64,000 bases of DNA from Verrucomicrobiota bacterium (GTDB lineage Bacteria; Verrucomicrobiota; Verrucomicrobiia; Opitutales; Seribacteraceae). The translations under genes and the position numbers were made by a program. Below are positions 1-7,435 of this stretch, one piece after another. The stretch is taken from positions 1 to 64,000 of the forward strand of contig JAQBYT010000017.1 of the NCBI GenBank assembly GCA_027622665.1. Direction: 5' to 3'. The notes beneath the pieces were generated by a model that saw only the letters and a list, made by a program, of their open reading frames with translations, made no database searches and was not told the DNA's origin. How positions within the stretch are numbered: position 1 is the first letter of the stretch; every line of letters begins with the position of its first letter.

Positions 1-179
1 CGCCTCCGTAGTCTGGCTACCCATCTCGAACGTCCCCGGCTCCACCCAAAGCATCTCCATGGACAGATCGGCTATGGTGAAAGAGGTGGATTCATCCTCC
101 TCAACGACTTTAGTAGTTTCTTCCCTCCACACCCAACCATCAGCAGGGCGACGAACATGGTAGTCAGTAGTTTCTTCAT
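1..179 (-). pseudogene. 5' part of a lipoprotein with a formylglycine-generating enzyme (FGE/SUMF1)-like domain, apparently frameshifted; continues beyond window start
   Basis: ATG at 179 gives MKKLLTTMFVALLMVGCGG (lipobox VGC). The FGE-type start (SMEMLWVEPGTFEMGSQTTEA) lies in a different frame, with the shift near 120-130. Confidence 0.65.
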
Positions 180-186
180 CCCCCAA

Positions 187-214
187 ACCCTACTCGCCGC
201 TCACCCTCGGTCAA
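187..214 (-). promoter_or_regulatory. sigma70-like promoter TTGACC-N16-TAGGGT, 7 nt before ATG (leaderless-type)
   Basis: Read directly on minus strand; same architecture at 2012-2039. Confidence 0.5.
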
Positions 215-315
215 CCCATCAATCACATTCGCATCGAATTGGTGAGATGGGGTTTATATTACTCTTGAGGCTGATTCGGGTATCGGGGAGGGCTGGGAAG
301 GATTATAAAGTATAG

Positions 316-421
316 TGGGACGGGTGGGGCGGGAGTTTTGAACTTCTTTTATATATGCTACCAATTTCCTTTCTTACTTTCTTTACCAACAAATAGGAAT
401 TACCCGTCCCCCCCCGTCCCA
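316..421. repeat. Imperfect GC-rich inverted repeat flanking an AT-rich core (origin-like remnant)
   Basis: TGGGACGGGTGGGGCGGGA (316-334) versus ACCCGTCCCCCCCCGTCCCA (402-421), around an AT-rich spacer. Confidence 0.6.
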
Positions 422-520
422 TTTCGGGGGCAAGCCCCTGCAGAACCCGGCAAGCAAGGGGAAGTGCGAGCCGTATAGGGACGCCTTTGGGGTGGGTTGT
501 GAACTGGTATGATACGTCGG

Positions 521-2005
521 CTACGGGGCTTTTCCTAGCGAGTACAACCGCGATTGCGTGCGCAGATACATGACGCCGTTGGCGACGGCCGGGGTCGCAA
601 ATGTCTTTTCACCCAGTTCCATGCGGGCCAATACTTCGAACTTCCGGCTCGCAGCGAGGACCACGATCTGACCGTGCTTGCTGATGCAATACAAGCGCCC
701 CTCGATCCAAATGGGGGAACTGTAGTACTCGCCTCCGACGCGTTCCCGCCAATGCTCTTTTCCAGTTGCTGCGTCGACGCAGGTGACGATGCCGCTGTCG
801 GTCCATAGGTAGAGAAGGCCATCCTTGACTACGAAACTGGGAACCAGCGGCACGCTCCGTCTTATGTCGTAGACCAGTTCTCCCTTCCGACTGCCGGGTT
901 TCTCGGGACGGACCGCGACTAGACGTTGACCGGACAGACCCTTTCCAAAACTTCCAAAAACCAAGTCGCCGAACAACTGTGGTGAGCTGACCGTGCGATC
1001 GTCCCAAATCTTGTCGATTTCCCAACTGATGCGACCACTCTTCAGATCGACCGCCGTGATGCCGTGCGCAGTGCTGGTGAAGACCACCTCCGTCAGCCCG
1101 CCCGAACGGCGGATGCATGGCGTCGCATAGCCCGCCAGCTCCGATCTTCGGTCCACTTTCCATCGCGTCTTGCCCGTCTTCCGGTCGAGCGCGATCAAGA
1201 AGCTTTTTCCAGAATCCATATTCGTGCCCTTGGGGAGGTACCAGGCGAAGCGCTTGGGGTCCATCTGGTCGTTGGCCAAGACAACCATTCCGCCAGCGAG
1301 GATCGGGGAATTCGAAGAACCGTGCAGTCCCTGGTAGGGGCCTAGTTCCCTCTGCCACATTTTCTCGCCATCCAAACTTAAGGCGGTCACCAGGAGTTGC
1401 TCCGGGCTGGACCAGACAAGGATGACACCGTGCTCGTCCACGCACGGAGTGGCTGAAGTGAAATCATTATCCCGATGCAGTCGATGGCGTTTCACCGGAT
1501 AATCGCGCCGCCAAAGAATCCGACCGCTGTCTGCGTTGATGCAAAGAACGCTGCGCTGATGATTGTCGGCATGGTCGCCCATGAGATAGAGCCGCTTCCC
1601 CCATAATACGGGTGAACTGCTGCCCATCATTGGCAGGTTGATCTGCCAGTTGTAGTCATCGGCAGTCCATTTGAGGGGGAAATTGGTTGCCGCGCTGACC
1701 CCCGACCCATTGGGGCCGCGAAAGCGCGTCCATTCCTGCGCTAGGGAGTCAACGCAAGGAAGAAGCAGGGACAGGAGCAGAAGGCCGAGAGCAGAACGCC
1801 TGCCGCCCCAGGGGACCGGTGGAGCCGTTTCAATGTGGTCAACGACAATAGGTTCCCTTCGGGGTAACTTCGATCTGTGATGCCTTTGCCTCGACTTCTC
1901 CGCCTTGTATGAAAGTGGTCGCAGATTCCGAAAGGCTGAAGTGCCCTTCCTCCAGTCTGCGGTCACCAGAAAACCGATTGTAAACAGAATCTTTTTCGAA
2001 AACAC
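521..2005 (-). CDS. PQQ-binding-like beta-propeller repeat protein (BamB-like, PVC-expanded family); start uncertain
   Basis: WTRFRGPNGSG, SSPV, W-R-E repeats, ATPAVANGVMYLRT C-terminus; hydrophobic signal-like stretch at about aa 70-89. Confidence 0.85.
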   Translation of the reverse strand: MFSKKILFTIGFLVTADWRKGTSAFRNLRPLSYKAEKSRQRHHRSKLPRREPIVVDHIETAPPVPWGGRRSALGLLLLSLLLPCVDSLAQEWTRFRGPNGSGVSAATNFPLKWTADDYNWQINLPMMGSSSPVLWGKRLYLMGDHADNHQRSVLCINADSGRILWRRDYPVKRHRLHRDNDFTSATPCVDEHGVILVWSSPEQLLVTALSLDGEKMWQRELGPYQGLHGSSNSPILAGGMVVLANDQMDPKRFAWYLPKGTNMDSGKSFLIALDRKTGKTRWKVDRRSELAGYATPCIRRSGGLTEVVFTSTAHGITAVDLKSGRISWEIDKIWDDRTVSSPQLFGDLVFGSFGKGLSGQRLVAVRPEKPGSRKGELVYDIRRSVPLVPSFVVKDGLLYLWTDSGIVTCVDAATGKEHWRERVGGEYYSSPIWIEGRLYCISKHGQIVVLAASRKFEVLARMELGEKTFATPAVANGVMYLRTQSRLYSLGKAP

Positions 2006-2011
2006 GACGCC

Positions 2012-2039
2012 ACCCTAACCCGACGAGGGCGGCAGTCAA
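2012..2039 (-). promoter_or_regulatory. sigma70-like promoter TTGACT-N16-TAGGGT, 6 nt before GTG 2005
   Basis: Read directly; mirrors 187-214. Confidence 0.5.
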
Positions 2040-2141
2040 TCCTCGGGGCGGGGGCAACCGCTTCATGGCGGCGGGGCGGTGGGCTTCTCCTCTTTGAAAA
2101 GCCCTTGCGGTTCATCGTGTCGGTGTTTCAATATTTGAAGC

Positions 2142-2744
2142 ATGTGGAAAACAATCTTGAATATTCGGCACAAAGCGATTCTTGCGATTGCCGTGCTTGC
2201 CGCTTGCGGCATCGTCACCTTTGTTTTGTCTCGCAAGAAACTTGAACAAGTTGAAGCAAAACGGGAAAGGGAAGAAATCGGAGATTGGCGAAACGCCGAA
2301 TGGGAATGGAGCAAATCAGTTTTGTCACCCAAAAGCGGGAATCCAAAAGTTTTCATTGATAAGTTCTCATTTGTACATGGGTTGTTTCATGTGGTTGATG
2401 GTGTGCAATACGATTCCCAAAAGCGAATTGGAACCATTTCCACAAAGGTTTGGAACGATTCCGATTCCACCATTTCGGAATGTTGGTTTTCTTTCGCTTT
2501 GATTGATGCCACAACAAGAAAGGAAATTTGGATTGCTCCAAAAGGTTTGATGAAAAAACTTAATATTCCGATGAATTCAACACGGGCTGTGAAATTAACT
2601 TTTGAACTTCCCGTGGAAACATTTGAAGGCATTGAAGATTGGGAACAAAATTTGTTTTTATATGAAGTGAAAAGGGAATATCCCAAATGGAGTCGTTTTG
2701 TGGATGGGAAATTTGAACCAATAAAAAACATCCCGCTTCATTAA
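2142..2744 (+). CDS. Hypothetical protein with N-terminal membrane anchor, AT-rich island cargo
   Basis: 200-aa ORF, hydrophobic AILAIAVLAACGIVTFVL, visibly lower GC than its neighbours. Confidence 0.7.
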   Translation: MWKTILNIRHKAILAIAVLAACGIVTFVLSRKKLEQVEAKREREEIGDWRNAEWEWSKSVLSPKSGNPKVFIDKFSFVHGLFHVVDGVQYDSQKRIGTISTKVWNDSDSTISECWFSFALIDATTRKEIWIAPKGLMKKLNIPMNSTRAVKLTFELPVETFEGIEDWEQNLFLYEVKREYPKWSRFVDGKFEPIKNIPLH

Positions 2745-2804
2745 ATCACTTCTTCCGCAACTTGTCGGGTCGGGGCAGCGGTTATATTTTTCTCCAAAAA
2801 AAGC

Positions 2805-3717
2805 GATTCCTTTGTTCGCTGGAGGTCAGGAATTCAGGATCTGTCGCCACGGACTCCGAACCATTATTTGAGCGATGCCTGTATTTTCCTGAATTGGATG
2901 GTTAGACAGGGACGCCTTGCATTCAACCCGCTCAAGGCGGTTGGGAAGGTTGACTAGACGGTCAGTACGCTGGAGCGTCGGGCCTTTACCGATGATGAGA
3001 TTTGCCGATTGGTGGAGTGTTCGCCACAATATCGCCGGGTGCCTTATTTGATGTCTGCCCGCACCGGAATCCGGCATGGTGAACTCAGCCAATTGCTCTG
3101 GGGCGATATTGTACTGGATGAAGGGAATTCCCATGTCAGGGTGCGAGCCGGTATTTCCAAGAATAAAAAGGAGGCGAGAATTCCACTGATCCGGGAGTTG
3201 GAGATCTTATTGGCTGAATTTCGTCCCGTGAGCGCAGGGGATGCCGACAAGGTATTTGTGAAGGGCGTACCCAGGTGCAGGACTTTGAGAAAGGATCTGG
3301 AGGCAGCTGGCAATACCTTACTTGGACGGGTCGGGCAGGTACGCGGATTTTCATTCCCTGCGATACACGTTCAATACCTGGATGCAGAGGAAAGGTTTCG
3401 TTCCAAGGGTCGCCCCGGAACTCATGCGTCACTCCGACAGGAGGCTGACTGACAAGGTTTACACGGACACCAATCTTTTGCCGCTACAGCAGAGTATGCG
3501 GAATATTTCGGAGGATGCTCCGTTGATGCATATATGGATGCATATTTGCGGCAAAACGTGTCAGGAAAAGTCGCGGGTTGTTGCAACCGACCAGTCGAGT
3601 GAAACCACTGAAACCTCAGTAACAGTGAGGGGTAGACGGGGATTGTCGCCATCTGACGTCCTTGAGAGTTTGGTGGAGGTGGCGGGAGTTGAACCCGCGT
3701 GCCGTGATTTTTCCTAA
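2805..3717 (+). pseudogene. Tyrosine recombinase/integrase pseudogene (N-truncated, in-frame TAG 2955-2957, frameshift about 3312)
   Basis: Motifs TGIRHGEL, SKNK, FHSLRYT, LMRHSD, KVYT split over ORFs 3009-3452 and 3322-3717; upstream in-frame remnant LSPRTPNHYLSDACIFLNW. Confidence 0.9.
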
Positions 3718-4048
3718 ACAGCGTCTACGCACGTAGTTGTCTTGATGTTTTTAAGTTCCGTTCAGGAAGTAACACCTACTGAACCGAGACTATCTTCAAC
3801 CGTTTAGCCTCCGATAGATAGCCAAACGCTACGAGGTTTTGCCTGCTTTTTTGACGCCCCGCCGACTCAGCAGGCGTCGGCCGACATGGACGTGCAACAC
3901 TTAGGCTGCAAGCGCTTCGAACTCAGGCTCGAAGCTGATGACGTTAGATTCGCCATGTAGTGTTTTTGACGCATTTTTCACGAGGCCAAGCATCATCCTC
4001 GGTACGCAACCGAATCTTCCAAATCACAGTCGAATCCGGAACACCCCC
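3671..4048 (-). ncRNA. ssrA: tmRNA; tag reading frame 3954-3901 encodes (A)GESNVISFEPEFEALAA*
   Basis: 5' GGGGGTGTTCCGGATTCGAC, 3' GGTTCAACTCCCGCCACCTCCACCA, acceptor stem with G3.U wobble, tag ending ALAA-stop. Confidence 0.95.
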
Positions 4049-4213
4049 AACAAACTCTCAAAGAACACCTATATATTTAGCCTAGATTAGTAATTAGGTC
4101 AAGAAATCGAGCTAAAACATAATAGTACATTGATTTATTTATGGAAGAGAATATACTGGGTTTCCCGTTGCCTCCTAGGATTATGTTCCTAATAATGCTT
4201 TGTTTCCTTTCAA

Positions 4214-6292
4214 GTGACTGATTTAAAAGAAACGAGGACATCTAAACTTCCCTACTTCAACCGTGAGTTAAGTTGGCTTGCGTTTAACCGACGGGTATTG
4301 GAGCAAGCTTTTTCGGATAAATATCCTTTGCTGGAGAGAATTCGCTTTCTTTCCTTCGTTAGTTCCAATTTGGACGAGTTTTTCGAAATTCGGGTGGCGG
4401 GATTGCTGCAGCGCATCGACTCGGGGTCGATGAAGCCGAGTTATGACGGTATCCCTCCGACTGTGCTTTTGGACAAGATACGTTTCGCTGCCTCCTCAAT
4501 CGTCGAAGACCAGCACCAATGCTGGCGCGAGGTTCTGCAACCTAAGTTGAAGAAGGAGAAAATAGTTTTTAAGACTGTGGAAAGCTTGACACCCAAAGAA
4601 TCCGTTTGGCTCAAGAACTACTTTCGCCGCGAGGTCTACCCCGTGCTGACGCCTCTTGCGATTGATCCCACGCATCCGTTTCCTCTCATTCACAACAAAT
4701 CGCTGAACTTGATAGTTGCTTTGCGCAATCCACGAAGAAAGAGCAGTGGCCAGCTTATGGCGATTGTACCTGTTCCGCGTATTCTTCCGCGACTGGTCAA
4801 GGTTGAGGGTGGGACCAAAGGTTCCGACACCTTTCTTTTTCTTAGCGACGTCGTTCGTCATTACGTGGGGTCGCTTTTTCCCGGTCACAAGGTAACTGGA
4901 GCATGGGCCTTTCGAATAACCCGAAACAGCGATTTATACGTGGACGAAGAGGAGGTGAAGAATTTACTTCGCTCGATTGAGGATGAATTGCATAACCTCC
5001 GCAAAGGAGCTGCCGTTCGGTTGGAGATACGGCAGGACGTCGATGAGGAAATCCTTCAGTACCTTCTCGAATCGATCAAATTATCGCCAAAAGAGGTTTA
5101 TCTGATCGATGGTCCCATTAATCTTTATCGTTTGATGAGATTGCCCGATGCAGTCGATCGTCCGGACCTGAAATTTGAGCCTTTTGTTCCTCGGGTTCCG
5201 AATGTCTTTAAGAGTGGTGAAACTATGCTTGAATCGATCCGAGAGTCCGATTTTCTCTTGCATCACCCATATGATTCCTTTGCACCGGTCGTTGATTTTT
5301 TGAAACAAGCCGCGGATGACCCTCAAGTTTTTGCGATTAAGCTTACGCTCTATCGCACCAGTGGCGATTCTCCGATCGTCAATGCCCTTATGGCTGCCGC
5401 TTTAAACGGAAAGCAGGTAACGGCTTTGGTTGAACTAAAGGCTCGATTCGACGAGGAGGCCAATATCAACTGGGCTCGGAGGATGGAAGAGGTCGGGGTC
5501 CATGTGGTGTACGGTCTTGCGGGTTTAAAAACTCATTGCAAGTGCTGCTTGGTCGTACGAAGGGAAAAACGCGGGCTTCGTCGCTATGCCCATTTGGGCA
5601 CAGGGAATTACAATCCCGTTACAGCCCGATCATACACTGATTATAGTTTCTTTACTTCAAATACGGGTCTTACTTCGGATGTGGCGAAGCTTTTCAATAC
5701 TCTCACGGGGTACAGCAGAACCCCCAAGTTTAGCAAGTTGTTGGTTGCTCCCTTTGATCTTCATCGCCGGATGATGGGGCTAATTCATACGGAAACAAAA
5801 AATGCAAAAGCAGGCATACCCAGTAGAGTCATCGTTAAGGCGAACAGCTTGATCGACCCAATGACCATAGACGCGCTCTACGAGGCTTCTCAGGCAGGGG
5901 TTCGTGTGGACTTGATTATTCGTGGCATATGCGGTCTAGTTCCGGGAGTCAAGGGACTCAGTGAAAATATACATGTCCGCAGTTTGCTTGGTCGCTATCT
6001 TGAGCACAGTCGAGTGTATTACTTTGAGAATGGCAAAGACAGTCCACTGGTCTTTCTCGGAAGCGCCGACTGGATGCCGAGGAACTTCTTCAATAGGGTG
6101 GAAGCCATTTTCCCCATTGAAAATCTTTCTTTGGCTCAAAGAGTGATTGAGACATTGGATGGTTACCTCGGCGACAATGAATATGCTAATTTGTTGAAGT
6201 CCACGGGCACTTTTTCCCTTGCGTCTAGAAGAAAGGGGCAAAAGTTATTCTCGATACAAACTGCCTTGAGCAGTAAGGCTAACTCTGATTGA
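4214..6292 (+). CDS. ppk1: Polyphosphate kinase 1
   Basis: YFNRELSWLAFN, LHHPYDSF, ELKARFDEEANI, KTHCK, HLGTGNYN, RYLEHSR, SADWMPRN. Confidence 0.97.
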   Translation: MTDLKETRTSKLPYFNRELSWLAFNRRVLEQAFSDKYPLLERIRFLSFVSSNLDEFFEIRVAGLLQRIDSGSMKPSYDGIPPTVLLDKIRFAASSIVEDQHQCWREVLQPKLKKEKIVFKTVESLTPKESVWLKNYFRREVYPVLTPLAIDPTHPFPLIHNKSLNLIVALRNPRRKSSGQLMAIVPVPRILPRLVKVEGGTKGSDTFLFLSDVVRHYVGSLFPGHKVTGAWAFRITRNSDLYVDEEEVKNLLRSIEDELHNLRKGAAVRLEIRQDVDEEILQYLLESIKLSPKEVYLIDGPINLYRLMRLPDAVDRPDLKFEPFVPRVPNVFKSGETMLESIRESDFLLHHPYDSFAPVVDFLKQAADDPQVFAIKLTLYRTSGDSPIVNALMAAALNGKQVTALVELKARFDEEANINWARRMEEVGVHVVYGLAGLKTHCKCCLVVRREKRGLRRYAHLGTGNYNPVTARSYTDYSFFTSNTGLTSDVAKLFNTLTGYSRTPKFSKLLVAPFDLHRRMMGLIHTETKNAKAGIPSRVIVKANSLIDPMTIDALYEASQAGVRVDLIIRGICGLVPGVKGLSENIHVRSLLGRYLEHSRVYYFENGKDSPLVFLGSADWMPRNFFNRVEAIFPIENLSLAQRVIETLDGYLGDNEYANLLKSTGTFSLASRRKGQKLFSIQTALSSKANSD

Positions 6293-6308
6293 TACCTAAT
6301 ACAGTAGC

Positions 6309-6461
6309 TCAGTTTTTTTCTGAGCCACGAGAGAAGCCTAGGATGAGGGCAAAAGACACGAGAACGATTCCTAATCCGACAACTGGATCTCTAATGAAAC
6401 AGAGTAACAGCCCCAGTACAAGAACTGTAGGTGCAATAGGACGACGCCAGTCGAACTTCAT
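6309..6461 (-). CDS. Small (50 aa) two-helix membrane protein
   Basis: ATG 9 nt after the TonB-like stop; two hydrophobic segments; fills the gap to ppk1. Confidence 0.5.
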   Translation of the reverse strand: MKFDWRRPIAPTVLVLGLLLCFIRDPVVGLGIVLVSFALILGFSRGSEKN

Positions 6462-6469
6462 GCTCAGTT

Positions 6470-7285
6470 TCAGTAGTTGACCCGGAAGGGAAGAGCAATA
6501 GGCGAATCGATGCCGCCGCCCGGAGGTCGACCGACATTGCCCACGGAACGACATACTTGGAGCACTAATTTGTCCAAAGTGGGGTTTCCTGAGCGGCGAA
6601 CGATTGCAGGGGAGAGGATGACGCCGCCGGAAGAAATACGAAACTGAACTTTAGCTTCTCCGCCGGAGGTCAAACCGGCCTGTGCCTGTAATCTTTGCCA
6701 GACAGCTTCCAGTTGGGCTTTAACGGAAGAAAGGTAACTATTCAATACATTCGGGTTTACTGCGGTAGATGCGGTTTGAGGATTGGCGAGATGAATTTCG
6801 GGGATGGTGAAGACATCTGGATCAATTCTTACCCTCGGTCGCGGTTCAGGTCGTTTTAGTGTCGGTTCGGGCTTAACGGTAGGTCTCTTGTGGGTTCTGT
6901 CGAAATCAGCCAAAGAAATTGTTGCCTTTGGCTTTTCTTTGGGCGGTTTCGTGGTTGGCTTCGGTTTCGGTGGGGGGGGAGTGACCTTGATCGGTGGTTT
7001 GGGGTTAGGCTTAGGTTTTACGACTGGTTTTGGTTTCGGTTGATCGACCGTTGGCTTTGGTTTCGGTTTAACTACGGGTGGTTTCGATTTAACAATCGAT
7101 GCCGGATCTGGAGCAACTTTTGCAATACTTGTGGAAGGGGAGGGCGTGGAAACCAACTGAAAAACATGCCTTACCTCCGGTTCCTCTGTGCAGGTCGTCA
7201 ACAATCCGACTACAGCGAAGGCGAGCAAGCCCACGATATGAAAGGCTGCTGAAAAGCAAAAGGCTCGTTTTTCTCCCCGCGACAT
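6470..7285 (-). CDS. TonB/TolA-family energy transducer
   Basis: TM helix with SAAFH (SxxxH), Lys-Pro-rich linker, TonB-C-like domain (FRISSGG...RSGNPTLDKLVL). Confidence 0.85.
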   Translation of the reverse strand: MSRGEKRAFCFSAAFHIVGLLAFAVVGLLTTCTEEPEVRHVFQLVSTPSPSTSIAKVAPDPASIVKSKPPVVKPKPKPTVDQPKPKPVVKPKPNPKPPIKVTPPPPKPKPTTKPPKEKPKATISLADFDRTHKRPTVKPEPTLKRPEPRPRVRIDPDVFTIPEIHLANPQTASTAVNPNVLNSYLSSVKAQLEAVWQRLQAQAGLTSGGEAKVQFRISSGGVILSPAIVRRSGNPTLDKLVLQVCRSVGNVGRPPGGGIDSPIALPFRVNY

Positions 7286-7435
7286 AATCAATAAATGAAA
7301 TTACTAGAGGCTTCCTTTCGACCAATGAAAGCAAGCCCTTTCCTTACTTTAGACCTCAAATCATTGTACTCGTTCAATGCTTTACTAGAAGCCTTCCGTA
7401 AATCGACTCAGTCAAATCCTTTTCGATTGATATTT

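Larger units (their letters stand above)
1..3670. mobile_element. Probable decayed genomic island integrated at the tmRNA 3' end; left boundary outside the window
   Basis: Integrase pseudogene next to ssrA 3' end, AT-rich cargo, disrupted genes, origin-like repeat; second att copy not seen in window. Confidence 0.6.

Noticed and set aside
1..179. DGR target (FGE/CLec fold)
   Set aside because: No reverse transcriptase or template/variable repeat pair seen in the window
2955..3315. Programmed stop read-through or frameshifting in the integrase
   Set aside because: No slippery site seen; lesions coincide with N-terminal truncation, so decay is simpler
3671..3720. tRNA gene
   Set aside because: T-arm and CCA belong to tmRNA; the matching 5' end lies at 4048 with a tag frame between
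7295..7435. Short direct repeat TTACTAGA(G/A)GC(C)TTCC and the 106-aa plus-strand ORF starting here
   Set aside because: Two imperfect copies only, possibly promoter elements; the ORF overlaps the giant gene antisense and has no motif
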